Shown here in pieces: positions 37,703 to 49,144 of a DNA stretch of 64,000 nucleotides. Position 1 is the stretch's first letter; every line of letters begins with the position of its first letter. Origin of the DNA: a bacterium (GTDB taxonomy: Bacteria > UBA8248); contig OZ244799.1 of assembly GCA_965219955.1 (NCBI GenBank), positions 3,072,001 to 3,136,000 on the forward strand, written 5' to 3'. Position numbers and translations under genes: made by a program. The notes under the pieces are model-generated. The model was not told the origin of the DNA, ran no database searches, and was given only the letters and a program-made list of their open reading frames with translations.

Positions 37703-38800
37703 ATGACCACCCTAAGCTTCACGAACATTGTCGTTCTCAGTTTTAACTCCCTCTCCTACGCCGCGATTCTGTTTCTTCTGGCGAGCGGGCTCTCGCTCAT
37801 CTTCGGCGTGATGCGCATCGTGAACCTCGCGCACGCCGCTTTTTTCCTCTTCGCCGGCTATCTCGCCCTGGAATTCTACAACATCATTTTCGGCACCCTG
37901 AGCCTGATGCCGCGGATCATCCAGCTCGTCTCGTGGACCCTGCTCTATTTCGCATGGCGTGGACTCAACTTGTACGTCGCTCCCAGACACGCCGCACTGG
38001 CGCTCCTGCTCGCCTACGTCGTACTGGAAACCTTGTGCAGCCTGGTGTGGGGCTTCAGGTTCTTCGAACTTTTCTTCCCGCACGTGCCCGTCAAACCCGT
38101 GGACAGGATCAATTTCCCGGGCATGATGGCCGCCATCGTCGTCGCCCTCGCCATCGCGGCGCTGTGCGGAATGTTCATCGAGCGCTTTTTCCTGCGCCGC
38201 CTCGGGCAGGACACGCTCTCCCAGGTGCTGGTGACCATCGGCTTCGCGTTCATCCTGCAAGACGGCTCGCTCTACACCTGGGGCGGGGACAACTTCATGC
38301 TCAAACAGCCCTGGCCCCTCAATTTCAGCGCCGTCGTCTGGGGCCTCTCGCTGCCCCAGTACCGCGCCTTCATGATCGTCATCGCCGTCGTGGTGGCCGC
38401 GGCCCTCTTTCTCGGGATCGAGCGCACCCGCCTCGGCGCCATCATGCGCGCGGCTGTGGACGACCCCGAGATGGCGCGCGGCATCGGCATCAACACCAAC
38501 GTCGTGCAAATGGCGATATTCGCCATCGGAGCGCTGCTGGCCGCCACGGGCGGCGTGGTGGGCGGCGCGTTCTTCGGCGTCTACCCGGGGCTCGATTTCG
38601 AGATACTCCCCTATGCGTTCGCCGTGGTGATCATCGGGGGACTCGGCAGCCTGGGAGGGGCCGTCCTCGGCAGCATCGTGGTCGGCTTCATCGAGAACTT
38701 CGGGACCGCGCTGTTTCCCGAACTCTCCTATTTCGCGCTATTCGCGCCCATGGCCATCATTCTGGCGATCAAGCCGACCGGCCTATTCGGAAAGGGTTGA
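37703..38800 (+). CDS. Liv-type ABC permease (LivH-like) with an extra hydrophobic insertion
   Basis: GLSLIFGVMRIVNLAH, TRLG..MRA, IIGGLGS, KPTGLFG. Confidence 0.88.
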   Translation: MTTLSFTNIVVLSFNSLSYAAILFLLASGLSLIFGVMRIVNLAHAAFFLFAGYLALEFYNIIFGTLSLMPRIIQLVSWTLLYFAWRGLNLYVAPRHAALALLLAYVVLETLCSLVWGFRFFELFFPHVPVKPVDRINFPGMMAAIVVALAIAALCGMFIERFFLRRLGQDTLSQVLVTIGFAFILQDGSLYTWGGDNFMLKQPWPLNFSAVVWGLSLPQYRAFMIVIAVVVAAALFLGIERTRLGAIMRAAVDDPEMARGIGINTNVVQMAIFAIGALLAATGGVVGGAFFGVYPGLDFEILPYAFAVVIIGGLGSLGGAVLGSIVVGFIENFGTALFPELSYFALFAPMAIILAIKPTGLFGKG

Positions 38801-38803
38801 GCC

Positions 38804-39829
38804 TTGGTGGAGAGCCTGGCGGAAAAAAGAAGAGTGCTTATCGTACTGGGCGTATTCGTCGCTCTCGGCGTCGTCACGCCGTTTCTCGACCTCTTCATGC
38901 AGAGCCTGGTGACGGAAATACTCGTGTTCGGCATCCTGGCCATGAGCCTGGACCTCCTGCTGGGCTTCACCGGACTGGCCTCCCTGGGGCACGCCGCCTA
39001 TTTCGGCGTCGCCTCCTACACCACGGCCATCATCATGACGAAAGAAGACTGGACGTGGACCTTCGCCGCCTTCCAGTGGGCGGACTCGCTGGGGCTGGGC
39101 CTTTTCTACATCTTCATCTTCGCGCTGGTCGTGGCGCTGGCCTTCGCCGCGTTCTTCGGTTTCCTGGCGATACGCGCGGTGGGCGTTTATTTCCTGATGA
39201 TCACCCTCTCCCTCGCCATGGTCATCTGGGGCCTGGCGTACCGCTGGAGCGCCGTGACCGAAGGGGACAACGGCATCAACGTGCTGGGGAGGCCGTCCCT
39301 GTTCGGCATATCGCTGGAGTCGGAAATTCCGTTCTTCTACTTCACGCTCGCGGTGTTCCTCATCTGCCTGGGCCTGATGTACATGTTCGTGAGAAGCCCC
39401 TTCGGAAAAACGCTGGTCGGCATCAGGGAGCGCGAGGAGCGCATGCAGATGCTCGGCTACAACATCTGGCTCCACAAATACCTCGCGTTCATCATCGCGG
39501 GCGTTTTCAGCGGCGTCTCGGGCGTCTTGTGGACACTGTTCAACCTCTTCGTGAGTCCGCCGGACATCGAACTCATCACCTCGGCCGAGGCGCTGTTCAT
39601 GGTGGCGCTGGGCGGCCCGGCCACGCTGGTCGGCCCGGTAATCGGCTCGGCCATCATCCGGTCGCTGCAGCAGTTTATCAGCATCTACGTGGAACGCTGG
39701 CCCCTGATCCTGGGCGCCATCTACATCATCACCATCATGTTGGGACGCCTGTACGGCGTCGAGGGAATTCTTGGATTGTTCGGCAAGTTTCGCAAACCCG
39801 CCGCTCCGCCTGAAGCCCCGGAGGGCTGA
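38804..39829 (+). CDS. Liv-type ABC permease (LivM-like)
   Basis: LLGFTGLASLGHAAYFG, YFLMITL, SPFG, LGG..GP. Confidence 0.9.
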   Translation: MVESLAEKRRVLIVLGVFVALGVVTPFLDLFMQSLVTEILVFGILAMSLDLLLGFTGLASLGHAAYFGVASYTTAIIMTKEDWTWTFAAFQWADSLGLGLFYIFIFALVVALAFAAFFGFLAIRAVGVYFLMITLSLAMVIWGLAYRWSAVTEGDNGINVLGRPSLFGISLESEIPFFYFTLAVFLICLGLMYMFVRSPFGKTLVGIREREERMQMLGYNIWLHKYLAFIIAGVFSGVSGVLWTLFNLFVSPPDIELITSAEALFMVALGGPATLVGPVIGSAIIRSLQQFISIYVERWPLILGAIYIITIMLGRLYGVEGILGLFGKFRKPAAPPEAPEG

Positions 39830-39882
39830 GGACGGAGCGGCACCGCGTCTCCTGAACGAGACGAAACGAGGGAGGGAAAAAG

Positions 39883-41136
39883 ATGAAACGAAAACTTATC
39901 ACCATCATCGCAGCGCTCGGCATCGCCTTCGCCGCCGGACCCGGCGGCGCGCAGGCCGCTGACGTGCGCATCGGGTTCATCGCGCCGATGACGGGCATCT
40001 TCGCCCAGATCGGCAAGGACATGAGCAACGGCTTCAAGATGTACATGGCGCACACGAAGAACAAGATGGGTCCCCTGGACGTCAAGTTCATCCTCGAGGA
40101 CTCGACCGGCAAGCCGGCCGTGAACGTGCGCAAGGCGCTCAAGCTCATCAAGCGCGACAAGGTGCACATGTTCATCGGCGGACTGCTGGCCAGCACCGGG
40201 TACGCGCTCGCGCCGGTGGCCAACCGCTTCAAGACGCCCTACATCTCGCCCGTGCCGGCCGCGGACGACCTCACACAGCGCAAGCTCTTCAAGTACTTCC
40301 TGCGCAGCGGTTTCACGAGCAGCCAGAACAGCCATCCGCTCGGCGAGTGGGCCTACGACCAGGGCTACCGCAAAGTGGTCACCATCGGCGCCGACTACGC
40401 GTTCGGCTACGAGACCGTGGGCGGCTTCCACAAGGCTTTCGAGGCGCGCGGCGGCAAGATCGTCAAGAAGATCTGGGCGAAACTCGGCACGAAGGACTTC
40501 GGCCCCTACCTGCCGCAGATACCCAAGGACGCCGACGCCATCTTCACCCTGATGGTCGGCCCCATGTCCCTGGCCTTCCCGAAGCAGTTCCGGGCCGCTG
40601 GCTTCAAGATGCCGATGCTCGGCGGCGTGACGAGCGCGGACGAGTTCATCCTGCCCAGCATGGGTGATGAGGCGCTCGGCTACGTGACGGCCGCGCAGTA
40701 CAGCGCCGCCCTCACAACGGACAAGAACAAGGCGTTCGTCAAGGAATACCAGCAGCGCTACGGGAAGATGGCCTCCTACTATTCGGAGACCTGCTACACC
40801 ACGGGCCAGTGGGTGGACCTGGCGCTCAAGAAAATCGGCTACAAGCCGGACAACAAGGATGCGTTCCTCAAGGCGTTCAAGGAAATCCGCATCGACGCCA
40901 TCAGGGGGCCCGTATATCTGGACAAATACGGAAACCCGGTGCAGAACAGCTATATCCGCCGGGTGACCCGCGTGAAGGGCGACCGCCTGGCTCTGGGCGT
41001 GAAGTCGAACTCACTCTGGAATATGGTGATCAAGACCTACCCCGCCGTGGGCCAGTTCTGGAAGTGGTCGGACAAGGAATTTCTGGCGCATGAAGTGTAC
41101 AGCAAGAAGTTCCCGCCGTGCCCGCATTGTAAGTAA
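39883..41136 (+). CDS. Liv-type ABC substrate-binding protein
   Basis: Signal peptide, IGFIAPMTG, DYAFG, TKDFGPYL; ends in CPHCK. Confidence 0.9.
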   Translation: MKRKLITIIAALGIAFAAGPGGAQAADVRIGFIAPMTGIFAQIGKDMSNGFKMYMAHTKNKMGPLDVKFILEDSTGKPAVNVRKALKLIKRDKVHMFIGGLLASTGYALAPVANRFKTPYISPVPAADDLTQRKLFKYFLRSGFTSSQNSHPLGEWAYDQGYRKVVTIGADYAFGYETVGGFHKAFEARGGKIVKKIWAKLGTKDFGPYLPQIPKDADAIFTLMVGPMSLAFPKQFRAAGFKMPMLGGVTSADEFILPSMGDEALGYVTAAQYSAALTTDKNKAFVKEYQQRYGKMASYYSETCYTTGQWVDLALKKIGYKPDNKDAFLKAFKEIRIDAIRGPVYLDKYGNPVQNSYIRRVTRVKGDRLALGVKSNSLWNMVIKTYPAVGQFWKWSDKEFLAHEVYSKKFPPCPHCK

Positions 41137-41215
41137 GGGCGAATCATCCCGCCGTCCGGGTCTTGCGGCCCGGGCGGCGGATTCGCGCCGGGCTTCCTGA
41201 AGGAGCAAACAGGTT

Positions 41216-41971
41216 TTGGAAAACGGGCACCCAGGGCTGGAGCTTGAGAACGTCACGAAGCATTTCGGCGGCCTGCACGCCGTCGAGGACGTGAACCTGC
41301 GCCTTGACCTCGGCGAGCGGCGGGGAATCCTGGGGCCGAACGGAGCGGGGAAAACCACGCTGTTTCACCTGATAACGGGCGTGCTTCCGCTCACCTCGGG
41401 CCGCATCCGCCTCTTCGGGCAGGACGTCTCGGGGTGGCCCACCCACAAGCGCGTGGCCTTGGGAATGGCGCGCACCTTCCAGATCACCAGCCTGTTTCCC
41501 AAGCTCACCGTGCTCGAAAACGTCCTTCTCGCCGTGCAGGGCCTGCGGAAGATGAAGATGGTGATGTTCAAACCGCTGTCCAAGTACAAGGACGTATACG
41601 AAAAAGCCGAAAAGCTGCTCAGCGACGTGAACTTCTGGCACTTGAGGGATCAGGAAGTCCGCAATCTCTCCCACGGAGAGCAGCGCCAACTCGAGATCGT
41701 CCTGGCGCTGGCGAGCGACCCCAAGGTGCTGCTCCTCGACGAACCCTCCGCCGGCCTGGCCACGGGAGAATCCCACGAGATGGCCGATTTCCTGAAATCA
41801 CTCGACCCCGGAATCGCCATTCTCCTGATCGAACACGACCTCGACGTCATATTCGAGGTCGTCTCCCACATCAGCGTTCTCCACTACGGAGAGGTTCTCG
41901 CCGAGGGGCCCAGCGACGACATCCGCAACGATCCCAAGGTGCAGGAAATCTATCTCGGAAAGGCGGAGTGA
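41216..41971 (+). CDS. ABC ATPase (LivG-like)
   Basis: GPNGAGKTT, LSHGEQR, LLLDEP, IEHD. Confidence 0.93.
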   Translation: MENGHPGLELENVTKHFGGLHAVEDVNLRLDLGERRGILGPNGAGKTTLFHLITGVLPLTSGRIRLFGQDVSGWPTHKRVALGMARTFQITSLFPKLTVLENVLLAVQGLRKMKMVMFKPLSKYKDVYEKAEKLLSDVNFWHLRDQEVRNLSHGEQRQLEIVLALASDPKVLLLDEPSAGLATGESHEMADFLKSLDPGIAILLIEHDLDVIFEVVSHISVLHYGEVLAEGPSDDIRNDPKVQEIYLGKAE

Positions 41972-41972
41972 C

Positions 41973-42683
<711 letters not shown>

Positions 42684-42926
42684 ATAAACCCTCGCGCAAC
42701 AGAATCCATTCGTAGTATTCTTCGAATAGCGGTAATGAAAGTGAAACTGCGGGCGGAGAGACGCTACAGGGAGGCTGTTTCCCGGGTTTCACTCAAGGAG
42801 ATGCGTTCGGACCCCGGCGCACCTCTCTCCATCACCTGAAGAAACCCCGGTCCGACGATAGCGCCGGGGGCCGGAAATGACGAACCTGCCGCCGCTCCCG
42901 ACCATGACGCCAAGGCGATAACCCTC

Positions 42927-45206
42927 ATGCTGTTGGACCGTTACATCAACGCCGTTCTTCGTCATCGTTGGCTGGTGATAGCGCTGGCCGCGTCGATCAT
43001 GCTCATCACGGGAGTCGGCGCGCTGTTCATCGGCGTCACGAACGACTACCGCATCATGTTCAGCGAAGAAAATCCACAGTATGTCGATTTCAAGGCGCTC
43101 GAGAACATTTTTTCCACATCCAACATGGCGTTCATCGCCATCGAGCCCCGGGGAGGTTCCGTTTTCACCCGCGAAACGCTTGGCGCGCTCGAGGAATTGA
43201 CGGAAGCCGCCTGGCGAACACCCCATTCCAGGCGGGTCGACTCCCTGACGAACTACACCCATAGCTGGGCCAAGGGAGATGAACTGATCGTCGAGCCGCT
43301 CGTCGACGACGCGCGCTCGCTGAGCAATGCCGACCTCGCGCGAATCAGGAAAATCGCGCTCGAGTCGCGCGATCTGCCCGGTCGTCTCGTCTCCCGGAAG
43401 GGGCATGTGGCCGGGCTGGCAATTACTTTCGTCCTGCCCGACGACATGGACGCCGCGGTGGTCTCGATAAACGACTACCTGAACGCTCTGTTGAAGAGAG
43501 CCGGCGCGAGACACCCGGAAGTCGCCTACTACCTGAGCGGCGACGTGATCAGTAACCGCACTTTCTCCGTGGCGACTTACAATGATTTCGTCTTCCTGGC
43601 TCCAGTAGTGTTCCTCATGATCGTCGTCATCAGCACACTTCTCCTGCGCTCGTTTCTCGGCACGTTTTCCATCATCGTCGTGATCGGGTTCGTCATCCTG
43701 AGCACGATGGGGATTGCGGGCTGGCTCGGCACGGTGTTCAGCCCCGTCAACGCCGGCGTGCCGACCATCGTCATGGCGACATGCGTCGCCCACTCTATCC
43801 ACATCATCACGACCACCCTGCTGGGAATGGGCCATGGGTTGGATAAAAATAAGGCGATTGCCGAATCGCTTCGGACCAACGCATGGCCGGTGTTTCTGAC
43901 TTCGATCACGACCGCCATCGGATTCCTGAGCCTGAACTCCTCGGATTCACCTCCCGCCCGTATTCTGGGGAATCTCGTGGCGCTCGGCGTGCTGTGGGCT
44001 TTCGTCTTCTCGATGACCCTGTTGCCGGCCCTGCTTTCGATTCTGCCGTTGCGCGCGCGCCGGATTCCCACCGACAAATCCCCTTTTTTCGTCCGCTTCG
44101 GCGCTTTCGTGGTCAAGCGCCGCGCGTTTCTGCTCTGTTTCGTCGCCGTTCTGACGGCTGTTCTCATCACGGGCATACCCCGCAACGAGTTGACCGACAG
44201 ATGGACGCACTATTTCGACGAACGCTACCGGTTCCGCCGCGATTCGGATTTCATCTTCGATAACCTGAACAGCATGAATTTCCTGGAGTATGCGCTGAAA
44301 TCGGGGCGTGAAGGCGGCATCACCGATCCCGAATACCTGAAAAAAGTCGAAGCCTTCGCGAAATGGTACCGGGAGCAACCGGAAGTGAGCCACGTCCAGG
44401 CTTTTTCGGACATCATGAAGCGTCTGAACAAGAACCTGCACGGCGACGACCCGGCCTTTTACAAACTCCCTGAAGACCCCGAGCTCGCCGCGCAATATCT
44501 CCTGCTCTATGAGTTTTCCCTGCCCTTCGGCATGGACTTGAACGACCGCATCGACGTCGCCAAGTCCACGACGCGAATGACCGTCATGGTTCGCAACCGC
44601 TCCTCCAGGGACCAGCGTGAACTCGACGAGCGCGCCAAAGCCTGGCTCCGCACCAACATACCCGAGTTTGCGACCGAGGCGTCGGGCATCACCATGATCT
44701 TCGCGCATCTATCGCTCCGTAACATCCACAGCATGCTGCGCGGCACGATCATCGCCATGCTGATTATCTCTTTACTCCTGATCTGGGTTTTCAAAAGCGT
44801 GCGTCTGGGCCTCATCAGCCTCGTGCCCAACTTCATCCCCGCCGCCATGACCTTCGGCCTGTGGGGCTACATGGTCGGCCAGGTGGGCTTCGCCGGCTCG
44901 CTGATGACCGCCATCGCGTTCGGAATCATCGTGGACGATACGATCCACTTCATGAGCCGATATCAAAAAGCCCGCCACATGGGCTTCCCCGCGCCCGAGG
45001 CCGTGCGCGCCGCCTTTCGAATCGTGGGCCAGGCGCTATGGACGACGACGGCGGTTTTATCACTCAGCTTCCTGGTGTTCGCCACATCGGGCTTTCATGG
45101 GAGCAGGACGCTCGGCCTCATGGTGGCGATCACGCTCGTCTTCGCGCTCCTGGCCGATTTCCTGCTTCTGCCGACCCTGCTGATGGCTCTCGACCGGAAG
45201 AAGTGA
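42927..45206 (+). CDS. MMPL/RND family transporter, paralogue 1
   Basis: Two-lobed membrane protein; TSITTAIGF, AQYLLLYEFSL, GIIVDDTIH. Confidence 0.88.
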   Translation: MLLDRYINAVLRHRWLVIALAASIMLITGVGALFIGVTNDYRIMFSEENPQYVDFKALENIFSTSNMAFIAIEPRGGSVFTRETLGALEELTEAAWRTPHSRRVDSLTNYTHSWAKGDELIVEPLVDDARSLSNADLARIRKIALESRDLPGRLVSRKGHVAGLAITFVLPDDMDAAVVSINDYLNALLKRAGARHPEVAYYLSGDVISNRTFSVATYNDFVFLAPVVFLMIVVISTLLLRSFLGTFSIIVVIGFVILSTMGIAGWLGTVFSPVNAGVPTIVMATCVAHSIHIITTTLLGMGHGLDKNKAIAESLRTNAWPVFLTSITTAIGFLSLNSSDSPPARILGNLVALGVLWAFVFSMTLLPALLSILPLRARRIPTDKSPFFVRFGAFVVKRRAFLLCFVAVLTAVLITGIPRNELTDRWTHYFDERYRFRRDSDFIFDNLNSMNFLEYALKSGREGGITDPEYLKKVEAFAKWYREQPEVSHVQAFSDIMKRLNKNLHGDDPAFYKLPEDPELAAQYLLLYEFSLPFGMDLNDRIDVAKSTTRMTVMVRNRSSRDQRELDERAKAWLRTNIPEFATEASGITMIFAHLSLRNIHSMLRGTIIAMLIISLLLIWVFKSVRLGLISLVPNFIPAAMTFGLWGYMVGQVGFAGSLMTAIAFGIIVDDTIHFMSRYQKARHMGFPAPEAVRAAFRIVGQALWTTTAVLSLSFLVFATSGFHGSRTLGLMVAITLVFALLADFLLLPTLLMALDRKK

Positions 45207-45253
45207 TGGGCCGTCTCATTTCACCCTTAGAACAAAGGGATCAAGAACACGAG

Positions 45254-45333
45254 TGAATCTTCTTCCGGGATTGTGGATAAACGAGCAAGTCAGAAAAAAC
45301 CATCTGAGAATCGGCTGAAATATCCCTTGCGCA
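45254..45333 (+). repeat. Degenerate copy of the 3' end of the LivF-like gene (42617..42698)
   Basis: Shared collinear blocks TGAATC, TGTGG, AACGAG, AAGTCAGAAAAA, CCATCT, GAATCGGCTGAA, GCGCA. Confidence 0.75.
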
Positions 45334-45574
45334 GTGGATGGATTTGACAGTATATTTAATAAATTGCAAAGAAACCATAAAGGAAACTGAAACAAATAGT
45401 TGCGGGTGAGGGTTCAAGGGGGTGTCTTAACGGTTTTTCGAAAGTTTACTTGCTGCGTTGTTTTCGCAGGACTCAACAGGTAGATGTACATGCTTTCTAC
45501 AGGATGGATTCATTCTTCGCCTCACCGGAAATTCCGAGAACCCCTGAATGAACTTTCGAGGAGACCTTACGGCG

Positions 45575-46738
45575 ATGCAAATTCCATCCGCCTACGTTGA
45601 AGGCTACGAGAACAAGGCTCGTCTTCACGATCAGGAACTGGCGGACCTCTACATCCGGCACACCACCATCGGCGACCCGGAACTCGACCCGATCATGGAG
45701 GAGATTGCCTCCATTCCCACCTACGACCTGCACGCGTTCATCGAGGCCGGCATCGAAGGACATGACCGTGTTCTGCAGGAAGCGCCGCAACCCCTGCGCG
45801 ATTTCTTCTGGAATTTCAAAGAGCCGTCCTGGCTGGATCATGAAACCTTCAAGCCGGGGGTCCGCTGTTTCAACGTCAACGTCGACCTCATGCTCGTCGC
45901 GTTCGTGACGGGGGTGCTGGTGGAGGGTTTCTCGACGCTCATCGCCAAATCCTTCAACACGACCGGGCGGGTGGCGGCGACCCCCAGGCGCCTCATGCAG
46001 AACAACCGCCAGTTGATGGAGATATTCTACCCCGGCGGCCTGCTGAGAGACGGCGACGGCTGGAAGCTCTCCGTGCGCGTCCGGTTCGTGCACGCGCGCA
46101 TCCGGCAACTGCTGGCGAAATCAGGCGACTGGGACCAGGAAACCTGGGGCACGCCGCTGAGCGCGGCGAACCTGGGGTTGGCCATCGCCATCTTCTCGAT
46201 GCAGCTACTCAAATACTCGCGGCGGGTGGGAACGAGCTTCAGCATCGAGGAACAAGAGAGCGTTCTCGCCGTCTGGCGCTACTCGGGCTACCTCATGGGG
46301 GTACCCGAGACCATCCTCTACACCGACGGCGCGGATGCGGAGAGAAAACACAACATCGCCTACATGTGCGAACCACCGCCCGGCGAAGATTCGGTGACCA
46401 TGTCGAACTCGCTGATCAAGGCCATCGCGCCGGTCGCCGGCGTGACGGACCCGAAGGAGCAGGAAGACTTGACGGATCTGGCCTACCGCCTTTCGAGAGG
46501 GCTGATAGGCCAGAAACTCGCGGATCAGTTCGGGTATCCGAAGCACTCCCGCCTCAATACGATGATTACGCTCTACAGTTTCCGGATAAAACAACGCTTC
46601 CTGCGATTCTTGCACAGCAAACAGCTCGTCAAATCCAAGAATTTTTCGCAGCTTCTCCAGATTTCGGTGTACGATGAGGGCGGGATCAGCTACCGGATGC
46701 CCGACCGCGTCAAAGCGTCGGAATCGAGCAAGTGGTAA
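45575..46738 (+). CDS. MpaB/DUF2236 (Lcp-like) heme oxygenase family protein
   Basis: GDPELD, PSWLD, GWK..VRVRFVHARIR, WD..WGTP, WRYSGYLMGV. Confidence 0.82.
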   Translation: MQIPSAYVEGYENKARLHDQELADLYIRHTTIGDPELDPIMEEIASIPTYDLHAFIEAGIEGHDRVLQEAPQPLRDFFWNFKEPSWLDHETFKPGVRCFNVNVDLMLVAFVTGVLVEGFSTLIAKSFNTTGRVAATPRRLMQNNRQLMEIFYPGGLLRDGDGWKLSVRVRFVHARIRQLLAKSGDWDQETWGTPLSAANLGLAIAIFSMQLLKYSRRVGTSFSIEEQESVLAVWRYSGYLMGVPETILYTDGADAERKHNIAYMCEPPPGEDSVTMSNSLIKAIAPVAGVTDPKEQEDLTDLAYRLSRGLIGQKLADQFGYPKHSRLNTMITLYSFRIKQRFLRFLHSKQLVKSKNFSQLLQISVYDEGGISYRMPDRVKASESSKW

Positions 46739-46810
46739 GCGGCCCGGTGATATGGCGCCCCCCGAACAGACAGTTCACGCCCGGCCCGTGAGAAGGAAGG
46801 AATAACTCCC

Positions 46811-49093
46811 GTGCGACTGGAACGCTATATCGACGCCGTTCTGCGCCGGCGGTGGCTCGTCGTCGCGCTGGCCGTCGTGCTCCTGCTCATCACGGGAGCG
46901 GGCGGACGCTTCATCAAGACCACGAACGACTACCGCATCATGTTCGGCGAAGACAATCCCCAGCTCACCGCCTTCAGAGAGCTGGAGAAAACCTTCTCCA
47001 CGTCCGACACCGCGCTCATCGCCGTTGCGCCCAAGGGCGGTTCTGTCTTCACCAAAGAGGCGCTCGGCGCGCTCGAGGAGTTGACCCAGGCCGGGTGGAA
47101 GACGCCGCATTCGAGCCGTGTCGACTCCCTCACGAACTACAACCACAGCCGGGCGGAGGGGGATGACCTGATCGTCGAGCCGCTCGTAGACGACGCGAGC
47201 GCGCTGAGCGAGGCGGAGGTCGCGCGAATCCGGAAAATCGCGCTGGGCGCCAAGGCAATCGCCGGACGCCTCGTCTCTCATGATGGCCGCGTGGGCGGGC
47301 TGGCGATCACTTTTATCCTGCCTGACGACCTCGACGCCGCGGTGATCGAGATAAGCGATTATCTGAACGCCGTTCTCAAGAAGGCCCGAACGAAATACCC
47401 GGACATCTCCTTTCACCTGACCGGCGACGTCATCATGCACCGCGCCTTCGCCGACGTGACGAAAGAAGAGCTGGAAACGCTCATGCCGCTCGTGTTTCTC
47501 ATGATCATCATCACGACCGCGCTTCTCCTGCGCTCGTTGCTGGGCACGCTGGCCATCGTCGTCTCCATCGTATTCATCCTGATCAACACGCTGGGGATCG
47601 CAGGCTGGGTGGGGGCGGTGTTCAGCCCCACCAATTCCGGCGTGCCGATCATCATCATGGCGATCTCCGTCGCGAACTCGGTCCACATCGTCACGGCCAC
47701 GCTGCTGGGCATGGGGCGCGGGCTCGAGAAGAACGCGTCGATCGCCGAATCGCTTCGGAACAACGCCTGGCCGGTGCTCCTGACCTCGCTCACGACCGCG
47801 ATCGGCTTCCTGAGCCTGAACACGTCGGATTCGCCGCCCTTCCACGTCCTGGGCAATCTCGTGGCGCTGGGCGTGCTGTTCTCCTTCGTCTACGCCATGA
47901 CGCTGCTGCCGGCGCTGCTTTCGATTCTGCCCTTGCGCGCGCGCCGGATTCCGCCCGGGAAATCCTCATTTTTCGATCGATTCGGCGACTTCGTCGTCGA
48001 GCGCCGCGTGCTTCTGCTCGCGTTCGTCGCGGTTCTGACGCTCGTTCTCATCAGCGGCATCCCCCGCAACGAGCTGACCGAACGGTGGGTGCACTACTTC
48101 GACGAGCGCTACGAGTTCCGCCGCGATACGGATTTCGTGTTCGAGAACCTGACCGGCCTGGATTCACTGGAATACTCGCTCAAATCGGGGCGCGAAGGGG
48201 GCATCACCGATCCTGAATACCTCAAAAAAGTAGAGGCCTTCGCCGAGTGGTGCCGGAAGCAGCCCAAGGTGAGCCACGTGCGGGCGTTTTCGGACGTCAT
48301 GAAGCGCCTGAACAAGAACATGCACGGCGACGACCCGGCCTTTTATAAACTCCCCGACGACCCGGAGCTCGCCGCGCAATATCTGCTGCTCTACGAGTTC
48401 TCGCTCCCCTTCGGGATGGACCTCAACAACCGCATCGACGTCGCGAAATCCGCAACGCGCATGACCGTCGTGATCCGCAGCCTCTCCTCCAAGGACCAGC
48501 GCGATTTCGACGAGCACGCGCAAGTCTGGCTCCGCGCCAACATACCCGAGTTCGCGGCCGAGGCGTCGGGCATCACCATGGTCTTCGCGCACCTCACGCT
48601 CAGGAACATCCACAGCATGCTGCGCGGCACGATAATCGCCATGGCGCTCATCTCGTTGATTCTGATCCTGGTCTTCAAGAACGTGCGCATCGGCCTCATC
48701 AGCCTCGTGCCGAACTTCATTCCCGCGGCCATGACTTTCGGCCTGTGGGGCCACCTGGTCGGCCGCCTGGGCCTCGCAGGCTCCGTGATGACCGCGATCG
48801 CGTTCGGGATCATCGTGGACGACACGATCCACTTCCTGAGCAAATATCTGAGATTCCGCCGCGAGGGCCTCTCCGCGACCGAGTCCGTGCGCGGCGTCTT
48901 CCGCACCGTGGGCCATGCGCTGTGGACCACGACGGCGGTCTTGTCACTCGGTTTTCTGGTGTTCGCTTCATCGGGGTTCGAGGTCAGCTGGGCGCTCGGC
49001 CTGATGGTGGCGATCACGATCAGCTTCGCGCTTCTCGCCGATTTCCTGCTCCTGCCGACCCTGCTGATGACGCTCGACCGGAATAATTCATAA
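46811..49093 (+). CDS. MMPL/RND family transporter, paralogue 2
   Basis: Collinear with 42927..45206 and highly similar over its whole length. Confidence 0.88.
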   Translation: MRLERYIDAVLRRRWLVVALAVVLLLITGAGGRFIKTTNDYRIMFGEDNPQLTAFRELEKTFSTSDTALIAVAPKGGSVFTKEALGALEELTQAGWKTPHSSRVDSLTNYNHSRAEGDDLIVEPLVDDASALSEAEVARIRKIALGAKAIAGRLVSHDGRVGGLAITFILPDDLDAAVIEISDYLNAVLKKARTKYPDISFHLTGDVIMHRAFADVTKEELETLMPLVFLMIIITTALLLRSLLGTLAIVVSIVFILINTLGIAGWVGAVFSPTNSGVPIIIMAISVANSVHIVTATLLGMGRGLEKNASIAESLRNNAWPVLLTSLTTAIGFLSLNTSDSPPFHVLGNLVALGVLFSFVYAMTLLPALLSILPLRARRIPPGKSSFFDRFGDFVVERRVLLLAFVAVLTLVLISGIPRNELTERWVHYFDERYEFRRDTDFVFENLTGLDSLEYSLKSGREGGITDPEYLKKVEAFAEWCRKQPKVSHVRAFSDVMKRLNKNMHGDDPAFYKLPDDPELAAQYLLLYEFSLPFGMDLNNRIDVAKSATRMTVVIRSLSSKDQRDFDEHAQVWLRANIPEFAAEASGITMVFAHLTLRNIHSMLRGTIIAMALISLILILVFKNVRIGLISLVPNFIPAAMTFGLWGHLVGRLGLAGSVMTAIAFGIIVDDTIHFLSKYLRFRREGLSATESVRGVFRTVGHALWTTTAVLSLGFLVFASSGFEVSWALGLMVAITISFALLADFLLLPTLLMTLDRNNS

Positions 49094-49144
49094 TGCCTAT
49101 CCACAAGAATGTTGCGACACATTCATATCCACGAGGAAAGCTAC

